A DNA stretch of 63,731 bases, filler included, from Octopus bimaculoides (taxonomy: Eukaryota), in the NCBI RefSeq assembly GCF_001194135.2. It is 8 parts of 8 records of this genome, joined end to end, with 100 filler letters (N's around TTAATTAATTAA, not from the genome) between each part and the next. Parts side by side here need not be neighbours in the genome. Positions count along the whole stretch, not along the records: positions 37,553 to 42,472 come from NC_068982.1; positions 42,573 to 51,725 come from NC_069001.1; positions 51,826 to 53,791 come from NW_026302809.1; 5 more parts are not named here. One strand, written 5' to 3'. The notes beneath the pieces were generated by a model, which saw only the letters and a list, made by a program, of their open reading frames with translations, had not been told where the DNA came from and did not search any database. The translations under genes were made by a program, and so were the position numbers. Positions 37,869 to 52,374 of this stretch are shown here, piece by piece. Position 1 is the first letter of the stretch. Every line of letters begins with the position of its first letter.

Positions 37869-39640
37869 TTCCTTATCAGTTAGCGATTAGGTAGCGATAC
37901 AGCCTTTTATATATAGCGATTTCATCACAATTACATAGTGTATATTTAATATAAGTTCAGGGAAGTGACATAAGGATATGAACGTTGCGAGGAGGGGGAA
38001 AATGTGATAGGGGTGTTTGAGAATCACTGATACAGAGAAATCGTCATTATCTGGAAGCAATATCATTAGGCATTTTATCCGTCGTTCTTTCACTTCCACC
38101 TACCCACCGCCCTCTATCGGAAGCTTTGTTCCAGTACTTTCTCTGATTTCGTTTTATCTTATTTCAGTTATTTTTATTCTGTTTACCTCAAACTTTGTTC
38201 CTATTTCTTTTCCCCGATCTACAGCTTTCCATTTCACAAAGCGAGGTGAAATCTTCTGAAGATTTCCATTTTCTTTCTACAATTCGAAGTTAAGCAGTTT
38301 CTCTGTGACTTAGAATTTCTTCCTTTGTTTGACATACAATTACATGTATGATAATAAGTCTTTAACAGTGTAACTCGAAGTAGATAAAGCTACAAATAAT
38401 ATGTAAATATTGGGTTAAAATACACTTTGTATCGAAAAAGTCGAAGGCTACCTGTAAACAACATACAGTTCTTCCTGGTAAGACCAAAGCTTCTAAAATG
38501 CTTAGAGAAATACAGAGAGTGCTTTGATCTAATTGTAGAACGTCTGTCAGTCTTAAAGATGTAGGTCCGTGTTCCATGGACAGTTTTCAACTTTATCTAT
38601 CCAAAGCATTTTAAACTCAATGTTTATATATTATTATTTTCAGTTTTATTTACCTCGAGTTCTATAGTTTAAAACAAATTATTTCATGTTTATTGGAATT
38701 TCTAAATTCTTATGAAGTAAACAACAAATTATATGCTTAAAATGTCGACTCCTTGCTTCTTTATTCTTAAGCACTCACTCTCATATTCTCTCTCATTATT
38801 CTCAGTTATTCATATACTTCATTACTGTTCTCTTCCTCTCTATCCATATATACAAACCTTCTTTTTCTGTCCATCAAAATTTACTTCCACCTTTACTTTT
38901 CATTTCCTAGTATCTTCACCTCAACATTTCGATGTCGTACACAATTCTTTGTTACTCTTTTCACTTCTGTCATCCTCTCCAGTATTTGTTTACTCAACAT
39001 ACATCATGTTACCTGTCAAAATCTGTCTTAGTATTTATTGTAGAGCAAAGTATTTTCTCTCGCTACCACTCCGTTCTTAATGGTACTAACTCTACTTCTC
39101 TCACTCTTTCTTTCCATAACCTCCCATATTTCACTGCATGCTGGCTATTTTCTCGCTTGCTGGTTGATAGCTAGCTACTTCTCCCTGTCATTCCCTCATC
39201 ATACTGTCCCTGGCTGCTTATTTGAGTTGTTCACATGCCTTATAAAACTTCCATAAATCTTACACACTCTTTCAACAATCTCAGCATAGCCACTACTTTC
39301 TCTATCTACATATATTTAGCGAGATAGAAAGAGGTAAATAAGCAAATAAACAAGGGAAACATGACTTGATTTCGTCTTATTTACCAAGTAAAGTCACTTA
39401 CATATATACAAGTTCATAAGAGAATCATTTATTCCTTTCTCATCTCAACATCTTATGCATGTATGTATGTATGTTCAGATATACATACACTTATATGTCT
39501 GAGTTTACATAATATGTGTGTGTATTTGTCTGATTGCTTTTAACTGGATGTTTGCATCATTTCAATGAATATTTTTTTGTCAATTATTTTATATATAGAT
39601 TTTTTAACTCTTTTTCCTGTCTCTCTTCCTCCATCTACCC

Positions 39641-39698
<58 letters not shown>

Positions 39699-39838
39699 AT
39701 ACACACGCGTTACTGATTACTGTGCATATCACTAAGTGTATCATACATCTGTAGATTTATCTCTATGTGTGTGTGTGTGTACGCACGCGGGCGCGTGTGT
39801 GTGCATGCGTGCGTGTGTGCGTGCGTGTGCGTGTGCGT

Positions 39839-39892
<54 letters not shown>

Positions 39893-40389
39893 ATATTTTG
39901 TGTGTTATTTTTGTACGCAAGAAATATATCGGCAGCCCAGACCATTTTGGTCAAATTTCAAAATTCCAGTAAACAAATTCTTCCGACAAACAATTTGAAA
40001 CAAATTTAAAAATAAAAATACTGACGCAAATAAATAAATATATATATAAATAAAACCTTACATANNNNNNNNNNNNNNNNNNNNNNNNNNNNNNNNNNNN
40101 NNNNNNNNNNNNNNNNNNNNNNNNNNNNNNNNNNNNNNNNNNNNNNNNNNNNNNNNNNNNNNNNNNNNNNNNNNNNNNNNNNNNNNNNNNNNNNNNNNNN
40201 NNNNNNNNNNNNNNNNNNNNNNNNNNNNNNNNNNNNNNNNNNNNNNNNNNNNNNNNNNNNNNNNNNNNNNNNNNNNNNNNNNNNNNNNNNNNNNNNNNNN
40301 NNNATATGTATATAAACATATATATGTATATGTATATGTATATATATATATGCATATATATATTTGTGTGGTGTGTGTATATATATATA

Positions 40390-40430
<41 letters not shown>

Positions 40431-42429
40431 ACATGTGTGTGTATGTATATATACAGCTCTCACCCTCCCCTTTCCACGATATATATATATGAATTCCTTT
40501 CTGTTTTCGCAACTCGGTTCTCTCAACAATTTGATCGGTGCGATAACATTTCCTGTCTTGGGTGGAACAGAAAGTTGTTTAGTAGAATGGAAAGGGCGAC
40601 GGGGAAACGACGCTGACGGTGCCGATGATGATGCTGATGATGATAATGATGAAGACGCTAATGATGATGTTGATGATGATGACGATTACGACAACGACAA
40701 TAATGACGACAACGTCGCCGATGTGGATAATGTGACAGTGATGATAACGACGGCCACCTGGCTACTTCTGCTCTTACTTGTAATGATGATGATGACTTCA
40801 ATATTCAATGATCGTTGACACCCTCCTCCCCTACCAGTGTACTGTTGCTGTCTAGCCCGAAGTCAGCTTTCATTGATCAGACTAAAAGATCAAAAACATT
40901 CCAGCCATACCCATCTCTTCGATTTTAGATGTAAGGAATAAACGCTGCATTATCTAACGTTACCTTTGATTTTGTTTTTAAAGACAATAGGCTGTTATCT
41001 GAGTGAGATTTGGCTGCTATTTATTGCAGAATAAACGGCCACGTACAAGATCTCACTCCGGTTCATCATCTGTCTTGCAATATGACGACTGATTTATCAA
41101 TCCGGCTTCTGTAGCTTTCCAGCTCGATTGGAGCACTATTTCCAGCAGAAGATTGGTCTGAGCCCAGACAATTGAAGAAAACCACCAAGGAGGTACGCAT
41201 GCCAGCTGAAACAGTGTAAGCTGTCTATGGTTGATAAGAGACCGCAGGTGAAACCCTTCTGCAGCTGAAGAGTGGTTCAAACATCGCTTCCTCACCCAGG
41301 CGAAGTACACAGGCTAAGAGACGAAATGCTTGTGACTCTGAGATACCTACTAATGACACAGAAGAGTTTCTAGCATTGTAAGGAATTCAGAATATGAGCT
41401 TGCAATACCTCTGAGTTGCTCCTGAACTTTCTGCGTGAGGCCAAAGCATCTCCGATGTTTATTTCACCATAGAGTGTTATTGCCATTCTTCAAGCCTAAT
41501 TTATTTCAAAGTTTGTTAAGTTTTTATTGGAAATCTATATCCTGTAATTACCGAATTTATTAAAAACATTCCTAATTATTGAACCATATTTTTTCTTTCA
41601 CACCGCATATTTGCTTATTTTTACGATTTTTTTAATGCTTATTACATTATGTGTAGCTAGTGTCCTCATTTGAAACAGCATTGAATTAAAATAACCATCT
41701 GTGTATAAAACTTAACGTATATACACCGTTGAAATGTATGATGCCTTAGTTTTAGTCAGGGAGAAACTCTATTCATAGACATGCTGTGTTAGAAACTCAA
41801 TATATATCGAAGTGATTTTGATTTCAATTTATTTCAGCTCAGCAAGTTTTCCGCTATATCAATGAATGTATAATTCACTATTTCCTATATATCAGAGGGA
41901 ACAGATTTCATTTAATCATGTGACAAGCTGGTCCACATCATTGACAAAGTCCAAGAAAGCCCAGATGTATCTGTCGTTCTCGTGAATCATTGCTCGTTCT
42001 GATATACATTATGCTTTTAACATATCTTTGAAGAAATTTTTCTCTCAAACAGAAACCACATCATAATGCCTTTCAATGATGTACATGCATTTAGTATGAT
42101 ATGCAGGTGACTAATTTATCTTTGATTTACAGTTAGGTGACTATTTTATGTATAAATTACAGTTAGTTGCGAGCGAGTATGACTTGATAGTATGTATCAT
42201 GCTTTCACTAATTGTTGTTATGCTCCTGTACAATCGCAGACAGAAATAGAGATCTTCTCGGTCTCCTCCCTCATTCTAAGCCCAGCAGCACAACCATGAT
42301 TTGAAGGAGAGAGGGCTGTATCATCAGCCGGATAGACCTCATCATTACTCTCTCAAAGCTTTGAGAGAGAAATCACCACCATGACAAATCAAAGAAGATA
42401 CATTATGCATGTGTTTGATAATACACGCG

Positions 42430-42472
<43 letters not shown>

Positions 42473-42586
42473 NNNNNNNNNNNNNNNNNNNNNNNNNNNN
42501 NNNNNNNNNNNNNNNNTTAATTAATTAANNNNNNNNNNNNNNNNNNNNNNNNNNNNNNNNNNNNNNNNNNNNATGTATACATACAC

Positions 42587-43215
42587 TACATCAAGTACAG
42601 GACATCACCGACGAGTGAAAAATACGTAAGCAGATAAAGCGAGACAAGTACGAGGGTAACATACCAAAAGAAGTGTAACCCCTCTCAGTTGTCGACTGTT
42701 AATTTCTCCCGATTTCGAGCTTTCAACTGCAAGATAGGAAACCTTCATAAAATAGCAGCATCCAGAAATTTTTAAAATATAAAATTTCTGGAGAGTCAGA
42801 GCTTCGAACGAACACACAACGACAGAGTGGACATACAGAGTAAACCAAGGACGACGACAAACATTAAGGGCGGTTCGGCCAAAACACATTGTTGTCGTCG
42901 TTTTTTCGTTGGAAGCTCTAACTCTCCAGAAATTTTATATTTTTTTTAAATTTCAGGATGCTGGTGCTTTATGAAAGTTTCCTATTTTGTCGTTGAAATA
43001 GTTTGTAATTAACAGTCGTCGACAGCCAGGAGGGGGGGTTAAACTTCTTTTAGTATTTTGTCCCGCGCGTGTCTCTCTTTATGGGTTTACATATTTTTTT
43101 GTCACTGGTGATGTCTTGTTCTTATTGTATATTGTTTTGTATTTTGTTCTGCACTTCTCTCTCGTGTGATTACGTATTTTTCATTCGTTGGTGATGTCCT
43201 CTACTTGTTGTATTT
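42587..43215. repeat. Diverged foldback element, arms about 230-270 bp
   Basis: gacatcacc...ataaaatttctggagagtcagagcttcgaacg mirrored by cgttggaagctctaactctccagaaattttat...ggtgatgtc. The terminal subunit repeats at 43160-43215. Confidence 0.85.
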
Positions 43216-43290
43216 TATATTTATCTTTTTATAATCGAACGCCACACACCNNNNNNNNNNNNNNNNNNNNNNNNNNNNNNNNNNNNNNNN

Positions 43291-43322
<32 letters not shown>

Positions 43323-43819
43323 AAAAGTTAGAATTTAAATGCTCTCTTATATCACTTTATTTTGTACTTCAAAGTTTAAACTAACATCTTCAAGAAGCTT
43401 TTTATTTGCAATTTTAGTGAAAAGTGTAATTGCCTGTAACTTTATACAATAAAATTTTGATATTACAAATGTATATGTTTAAAAATCATATAATTGCAAT
43501 TTGAAGCAAAGAGACGGTTCTAAGTCCCACCTTACAAAAAAGAAATACTAGAGCGTTATTTATACATTTTGTACTCAATTTGTTTATTAGCTTTCATTTA
43601 AAAAATATTTTTGTAGCTGTAAAACGTTTTTCCTTTGAATGAGTTCCCTAGAGACAAGTGTTAGTCGGATGGCGCTATATCAAGAGGTGTATGGTGTATG
43701 GGGTAAGAAATCCCACCAAAGTACATGTAAAGTTTTTCGGGTAGCCAAATACACGTGATCTCGCATTATCTTGTTACAACACTACCCCTTTCCTATTGGC
43801 AATCTCTGGCCTCAATTCT

Positions 43820-44399
43820 TCAATATTTGGGGTTCAAATTAGTTAGCTGGTGACAGTACATCAGAATTAATGTTCTAGTTTTGTGGGAGAAACTCATAAT
43901 AAATGATGCCTTTATGATCCCGCTAAACACAAAGCATAACATTTTTGGCATGGATATTCGTCCTTGGCTGCTGTTTTGTGGGGATCCAGGATCTTTTCTA
44001 CACCACGTTTTCGTGCACAATCAATTTTTCTTCTCCAGTCACAAGTTGTTTCAAAAGAGGCACGATTTCATTCCGTTTCAAAAGCATATCACAAACGGAA
44101 TACCGATCCAAGCAATTCTTTATAGCGAGAAATCTATCCTGTCTTCACTAAATAATTATGAGCCGTACTTTTAGAAACTCCCAACTACCCAGCAAGTTCT
44201 CTAGTCGTGATATTTGAGTTTTCTTCGATTTTGCCTTCAAAACATCATTCAATTTTGAAGGTCTTCCACTACAACTGTCATCTTCCAAGCTAAACTCTCC
44301 AGCTTTAAATTTTGCAAACCACCTTCGAAAAGTTGTTTCACGCACATCATCATCACAGTTAACATCACATTTCGGAAATCTCCGCAGCATTTTTTCCAT
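43820..44399 (-). mobile_element. mariner transposase pseudogene fragment
   Basis: VRETTFRRWFAKFKAGEFSLEDDSCSGRPS (mariner HTH region) and a downstream frameshifted KxMLC...GII...TxxxxxYCxQL segment. Confidence 0.8.
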
Positions 44400-46591
44400 T
44401 TTTAAAATACGAAAAGCATTACAATGCTAATGTGAAATTTTTGGTTATCCATTTCAAATGTGAATAAAGGGAAACCAGAATGTAATATAAATCTACTTTC
44501 CGTCAGAAACAAAGAATAGGTGCACTACCACTTGAAGCAATGCCAACGTTCTAACTGTATTACGTTTCAAGTGTGTTCAATGAAGCGTTAACATGAGAGA
44601 GTGGATATGTTTCGGATGCCTCTCACCAGAAATGGCCGTGACTCATCTACTAGTGAAAAACTAGACAAAAGTACGTAGCTACAGCAGTGTGATTACACTC
44701 GTATAAAAAGAAACGAACAGGTAGTATTTGAGCTGGTAACACTCACATTATAACAACGATCATCTGTAGCGAAATATTCTCAAAACACTTTTTCTACGAA
44801 AGCGAGCTTCAAATGCATTATTTTCAATTACTGATTTTTCCGGTATAAGCCTACAATTTGTTTTTCGGTCCTAGTTACACTAAAATATGTTTGGAGCTGT
44901 CTTCCACAATTGCTTAAAACAACTAATATATTATTAATAGTTAATGAGTATTGCTATAGTATGCTTTGTGTTAAACTCACTACACGATAATGTTTAGCTA
45001 GTAATCCTTACACGCTTCCTAATAATGATTGTGGTAGTTATAGCCTAACAGCAGTAACATCTGTTGTATCGGTCCTCTTATACTGAGAGTAGTGAATTAG
45101 GAAGTCATAATTAACTAAAATTACACTCGTAACGAGAGCAAGGAACAATTAACTTAAAGATAAATTCTCAACAAAGGCGTATTTCAACTTCTCACACCAG
45201 TAATTGCATACATTCCCAAATCTCCCCCAATAGATAGACACACATGCATATGCGTGCATACATAGTGACACACAAATGAACATACACACACACTCACACA
45301 TACACACATATATATAGACACATACACATTACATGCATATAATATATACGCGTATTCACAGATAGGAAAGATAGTTAGTCCAAATTAAGTTTACATTCCT
45401 GATGCGCTGAGCATCAAGAAATTTAATTATCTGATATTATTGTCTTTGTATGGGGAGTATAATCATTATATAATCATTCTACTTCTAACTGAATCCCTGT
45501 TTCGTAGATGTTTTCTTTAAAACCTTAACTTTGCTTAGATCTCAAATGACTCCAACATTTCTGAAATTAGCACCGTAGTATAAATATTGGAACTAGGCTC
45601 AAGCGCCATTGCATTTTCCGCATTCCATCTCAATTAATTGTTTTAATCAATTAGGAATTCAGGTTGCCTCAATCTCCCATCTCTTTTTACCAGCTTTGAT
45701 AATTAATAGAACGATTATATCATCCTGACGACGAAATTATATTCACTTTATAAAATTTCTCGGTTCACAACATTCATAATGTTAGCAACGAACTTAGCAT
45801 TTAAAAATTCATGCAGAAGATGTTTCTAAGTAATTGCTATAGTTCTTACAGCCAAATTATAAATTGGCTCATTGGGTCTCTGTTTGAGTATGAACACTTT
45901 GGCGAGAATATTGTACACCATGATACTAACTGAAATCCACCTCAACAAAAAATAAAAAGAGGAAAAATTAAGAATGCAGAACGGTGTTGGATGTTATTAT
46001 TACAATACGTAAGTGATATATGCAGGAAGCAATATTTCCGCTAAACGTGCTTTGCTCGTTGCATTTAGGGGAAATGCGCTTCTGTTTAGAATTTTAGCTT
46101 GTGATATGTCGGATATAATGTACAGAAGAAAAAAAACGAAAACATGAAAGGGAATTCACGAGGAAATGATGAATTTTCAAAGGTTTTTAAATTAAGGTCC
46201 TTTTAGAGATGATGAGAATTGGAAAATATCAAAGTTCAATTGCAAATCGATAATTTCAAATAATGATGTGCAACAAGTAGCAACAGCGGCATTAGTAGTA
46301 ATTTTTCATTTTTCTCTAGATTCTCGTTTCATTAAAGAAGAAAATACACGGTGAAAATTCTCACGAAAACGCATACGCACAGAAACATTTTTGTAGATGA
46401 ATATATAGCGTGCTTTCAGGTACATATATATGTGTGTGTGTGTGTGTGTTGTGTAATATATAAGTTAGAGGTTATGCAACCCTGTAAGGGCTAGATGTAT
46501 CCGTAGGCACTCCTGGTGCATTACCTCAGTATGTATGGTCCTTGTTATAAGGTATACGGTAGTAAGTAATTAAAGGTAAAACTGTGGTTTA

Positions 46592-46623
<32 letters not shown>

Positions 46624-46634
46624 GTATATATATA

Positions 46635-46676
<42 letters not shown>

Positions 46677-46892
46677 CGATAAGAAATGTAGCAATAATGA
46701 GAAGTGGATCATTGGTGTTTTAAATTCATTATTTAATTAAAATGAGAGTATGTTTACAGCTGTTTCTATTTATAAATATGTGTTAACAACAAACAAGATG
46801 AGGACACATATCCGTGAATTGTAAAAAACGTACCAATGATCCACTTCTCATAGTTAATTATTGCTCCGTTTCATATCCTCTCTCTCACTCTG

Positions 46893-46978
<86 letters not shown>

Positions 46979-47894
46979 CATATATATATATATATATATA
47001 CACATCACAAAATAATATGCTAAAGCCATTCACTACGCACAAAGCAATCATTTCCACGGAAAATGATTTCACTCAACGTAACAAAGAACATCTTCAGTTT
47101 ATTAAAGGTATAAAATTGTGCGTCTAATATTATGACAAAAGAAATCGGAAGTAAGCATTATTTACGATTTTCGTGTAAAAAATTACACAGAAAATCCCAC
47201 CATATTTGTAATATTGGTTTCAATTTTTGGCACAATGCCAGCACTTTTGAGGGCAGAGACAAGTCAGTCACCCTTCTTTTATCGACCCCTAAGGAACGAA
47301 ACGCAAAATAGAATCCAGCGCCAGGGATGACGCAAATGAGAAGAAATGCCAAGCAATTTTTTTCAGCGTCGTAGCGATTCTTCCAGGTCACCGCCTTAGA
47401 TTTTATTTGTATTAGAAAGTTGATAAAACAAAGTGATGTGCTGGCAGAATCCTTAGCACGCCGAGGTAAATGCTTAGCCGTATTTCGGCCCTCTTTAGTT
47501 TCTGAGTTCGCATTCCATTGAAGGCCACTTCGCCATTTCTCCATTCGGTGTTAATAAAACAAGTACCAGTTCAGCACTGAGGTTGATGTAATCGACTTAA
47601 ACCCTCAACCGGAATTGCTGACGTTGTGCCAGAATCTGAAGCCAATTCGAAAAAAGAATATTTGAATTTCTCAACATAACTAAGTGCATTCAGATGAAAG
47701 AGAACATATATTAAGCGCCTACGTTATTATGTCATTATGTTATATTAAAGTATATCAAACGATTCTATGTAAAGCCATACTGGGTACCCTCAACGATATA
47801 AACAATGGAGAACGCAGCATTACACACTTTCTTGCACTTGAACAATCATTGTATTCATTAGGCTGCAATGTAATTTTACCAACAATCTATCATT

Positions 47895-48150
47895 TCGACT
47901 AATAACATGTACTAAATCTGATATAGAATAATTAGCGAACAAATACTAGATAAGATATTATCTAAATTTAAGGAGATAGCCTCCCAATCCAACTTATTGA
48001 AAAATTCAGAAGCTGTAATTAAGTAGATTAAAGACCTTCCCAATAAGTTAAACATTAAATTCCAACAATTTGCTGCCAGAGATTATTAAACTCCCATTGC
48101 TAAACCTCTACTAATTAAAACCTTCACCTTTACTAAATCAATTACTTCTA
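47895..48150 (+). mobile_element. Penelope-like reverse transcriptase remnant
   Basis: RLITCTKSDI / ISEQILDKIL...LKNSEAVIK*IKDLPNK...FQQFAARDY*TPI matches the PLE RT pattern RLINPxKSxxGxISKxILD...KNTxxVIxW...FIQFDIxDFYPSI as I recall it. Stops and a frameshift are present. Confidence 0.7.
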
Positions 48151-48449
48151 GTTCTTAAGAGTTATGTAAATAGTGAATAGAGTTCGGATGAAATGAAATA
48201 CTATGCTCACACAAAAATATAAGACTACATTTCTGTTTGCTTTTTCTCTCCCTATTTCTATAATTAAGATGTTTTTACCCTCCATCTGTACCTATTGATT
48301 CGTTTGTTTTTTCTTGTTTATTTGTCTTTCTAATTCTGGATTTTAATTGTCAGTCATATGCAGGATGAGATTGTTAATTTACATATCCTGTCTATCATTG
48401 AAGTATGCATATGATTACCCATAGCTATTTGAGGGTCGTCATGCAAATT

Positions 48450-48486
<37 letters not shown>

Positions 48487-50469
48487 NNNNNNNNNNNNNN
48501 NNNNNNNNNNNNNNNNNNNNNNNNNNNNNNNNNNNNNNNNNNNNNNNNNNNNNNNNNNNNNNNNNCTCTTAAAGGATAGAGCTCAAAATCAATGCATTGA
48601 AGATACTTTATTGCAGCAACAATTATAATAACAGAAACAACCACAATAAGCCAAACCTATGCACATTTCAATAGGGTATCCCGGAAAAATAAACCACATC
48701 ATAAGATGTCTCGTAAAATATTGTAACAAATTACAACATATTACAAATTTCTGGATACTCCATCTCATCAGGGTCGCATTATTGCCATCACCAATACTAT
48801 TATTAGCAAAACACACACATCATCCAAGAGGGTGAAAGAATAATCGACGGCACGCAACCTACCATCGTTATTAAATTGCATTTAATACTACAGAACGTAT
48901 ACGTAGGGCAGACACAGAAGAATCTTGATTTTTCACTAATAAAGAAATTTTTTATCCTACAGCCTCCTTACGGTTTGTAGCGGGCCGTCAGAGATTAGTG
49001 TTTGGAAACATATAAGCGAAATCGCAGATAGCGTATACTAATTATTTTAATCCTGACGTATCAAAATCTATTTAGCTGCCATCAAATCATATAAGTGTAA
49101 ACAGTTAACATTATTGGTTGAAACTAGTAATCGAGGAATATAAATAAACTATAACAGGAGAAATAACTATAAAGCTAAGACTATAATATAATCCTAAATG
49201 ACAGAACTAAGATATCACTGCTACAACTGCACTAGTAAGGCTAAGATCTAATTCTTGAGAAGGATACTTAGAGCTAATTGCACAGGTAGATAAAACAAAA
49301 GCAAAGTAAAAATAAAATCAGAACAAAAACAAATTAAAAATAAAAATGGAAATATAAGCAAAGAGATATAGAAAATTATAATGGATAACTTCTTGCTACC
49401 ACTATAAATAGTGAAATGAGAAACCGTAATTAAAAAAATTGGCAATTAACATTTAATTTAGATATGATGTTATTTCATATTAGACTAGAAAGGTGTGTGG
49501 TTGTTACCATATCAATGTGTTCAAATTGTAAAGTATGGAGGGAATTTTCTAAATGTTTTGAGAAAAATAATTGTGTGTGAGGAGTTATACAAACCTAATA
49601 TCTAACGCAATCAGCACTTCAATTTCCACTTATTTATTATTTATATATTTTTACCAACATTTTTGTTGCTTTGGTAACCTTGTCAATGGATGTTGATTCT
49701 GTCCGTTGTCGGGGCTGTGTTCATTTCGTCTCTCAGTGCGCATGTTTGGGGGCCATCGTGTATTAGACGGACACAAATACTCACACACATGCATAATGCA
49801 CAAACAAACACAAACAAAATTCATATATGTAAACACACACACGTACACAGATACATACACAATTACACAGTCACGCACGCGCGCTCTTCACCACGCAAAG
49901 CCTACATCATAAACAATTATACATTTAGTCTTTTATTCTTTGATTTGAATATATATACATGTAATATAGAGGGTTATAGAAATATATATACTACCAATTA
50001 TATATGCTTAAATAACCATTTACTGTACGTGCATGATATATGCACAATCTTAGACGGCGAGCTGGCAGAGTCGTTAGTGCGCCGGGCGAAATGCTTAGCG
50101 ATATTATGTCTGTCTTTACGTGCCAAGTTCAAATTCCGCCGAGGTCGACTTTGACCTTCGTCCTTTGGAGGTCAATAAATTAAGTACCAGTTGCGCACTG
50201 GGGCCGATCTAATCGTCTAGCCCTCCTCCTCAAAATATCGGGCTTTGTGCCTAGAGTAGGAAAGGATATATCGACAATCGTTTCTTCATTGGATAAAAGG
50301 GCAGGACATATAACACAAAATGAGTGTAAAAAGACAAGGGCTGAATAGGGGTTTAGCACAAAAATACCTGAGTACACTAAAAAGAGTAGCAATTACAAAC
50401 ATAATATCATTTAAACAATACATTTCCCCAAAATGGGGAAAATTTCCACCCAGGGGTACAATCGAACGA

Positions 50470-51150
50470 GACATATCCTGGTCAACTGACTATTAAGGCA
50501 GCTGTCTGTCTTCTTTCCAAACCTTCCGGTATTCAGCTATGTGGTCATCGTAGGTCCAATCACACGGGCCATCTGCGTCACATTCACACACATTTCAACA
50601 TCCATCACTCTTTTTAAGTGAGACTTCAACAAATTGATGATAGCTTCGCCAAACAGGAAATTATCCGTCACCAGTTGTTTCAACCACGGTCTTCCCATCA
50701 AAAGATGGATTCGGTCGATAAGCGGTTCCGACATGCATTTCACAACAGCTGCTCGACAAATGTTCACTAGTCAGCCATGCTAGGTAAGTGTACAGAGAAT
50801 GGTTTCATCGTCCTGCTCACATCTGGAACAGGTCTGTTTGACATCTGTTCCATGCCTGTACAGTTTGTCCCGAACTGGGGGAGCTCCACCGGTAGTGATG
50901 AAAGGCGAGGGATTTCTGGAAATTGTGCATAGACTCCAGCCCGAAAGTCCACAGTGTAATACTAACTAACTGATCTCTCCAGACGACCAGAGTTTCTCCG
51001 ACACGAATCCGCTGTAGCACTATAATGGGGAAGGTCTACCGACTGACAGAGGTCTGTTAAGGCTTGCCGATATCCCACGAACCAAGAAATCTTCCTCGGT
51101 CTACGCATGATACTGTTCATAATGAATGCGAATAAAGATCTCTTGGTATT
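50470..51150 (-). mobile_element. L1/Tx1-like LINE C-terminal fragment
   Basis: Minus frame near 50790-50885 reads APPVRDKLYRHGTDVKQTCSRCEQDDETIL, a zf-RVT-type motif. Multiple frameshifts. Confidence 0.65.
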
Positions 51151-51971
51151 TATAGTAATACTAAAACACAAAAAAAGTTATTCTATTCTCAAACAAGTGT
51201 TAAATAGCCAATATACTCATGCTTGATAATAATTGATGGAAAAAATATTTCTGATTACTTATTCTACAGCACGTGCATTAGGAAGAAGAGAGAGATAGAA
51301 AGATTGACGGAGTGAGAGAGAGGGAAAGAGAGAGGCACAGAGAGATAGACAGACCGAGAGACAGACAGGCAGAATCACACATGAATAAGCTATTAGCAGG
51401 ATTTTTTTCCACTCAAATGAGTTAAAACATACCAAGTTGCATTATTTTAAGAAAGACATTTTTGCAGTCCATAAAAAATACACTGTCATCATTATACCAT
51501 ATAAAGTACTGACATAGTGCTACATAGGTAAACATTTATCACACAAATATTTTTTATTGCCAGAGCCAAGACATTCATATAAAAATACATACAAACACAT
51601 AAACACACGTATATATATATATGCATATTCATGTGTGTGCGGATATCCTTATACCCTTGAGAATGATAAATTTTCATAGAAATGTTTCACTCTTACCATG
51701 AACGTATTTATGTACACTTATGTGTNNNNNNNNNNNNNNNNNNNNNNNNNNNNNNNNNNNNNNNNNNNNTTAATTAATTAANNNNNNNNNNNNNNNNNNN
51801 NNNNNNNNNNNNNNNNNNNNNNNNNTATAAGAGATGTGTTAGATTATCTCGAAGAAGAAGAAGAAGGGGTTAGTTTATGTAAATAGATTGCCACGTGATA
51901 TATATATATACTTCTGTAGATAACTGAAGTATAATTTAGAATGGGATTTGGAGGCGGTCTTACAGGATCTC

Positions 51972-52025
<54 letters not shown>

Positions 52026-52053
52026 TCCCCCTCTCTCCCTCCCCCTCCCCCTC

Positions 52054-52120
<67 letters not shown>

Positions 52121-52374
52121 GTGTGTGTGAGGTCACTTGTGAGATCTCTCATGAGTGCTGCTGGTAACACGGAATCCAGCACAACCTGTTGCACGGTCGG
52201 GTGGTTGGCGACTAAACTTGAACCTCAATTAGGGTTGCCTGGTGAGGAGCGTTATTAGGAACCCAGCAGAACTAAGGACAAAACCTATCAAAAGGACGGA
52301 TGAACCCAGTGTAGGTCCAACGGCAATCTAGCAATGACACGTGTCCTCCGAAATTCCGGATTGGTGTCCGGCGT

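Noticed and set aside
40617-40800. Asp-rich acidic ORF
   Set aside because: It is a degenerate (GAT/GAC)n microsatellite.
48742-48777. Minus-strand CUGAUGA-GA-UGGA-GUA-UCCA-GAAA-UUU-GUA hammerhead-like core
   Set aside because: Stem II and the core are present but stem I cannot pair (gcgacc versus atatgt). It is counted only as a broken copy.
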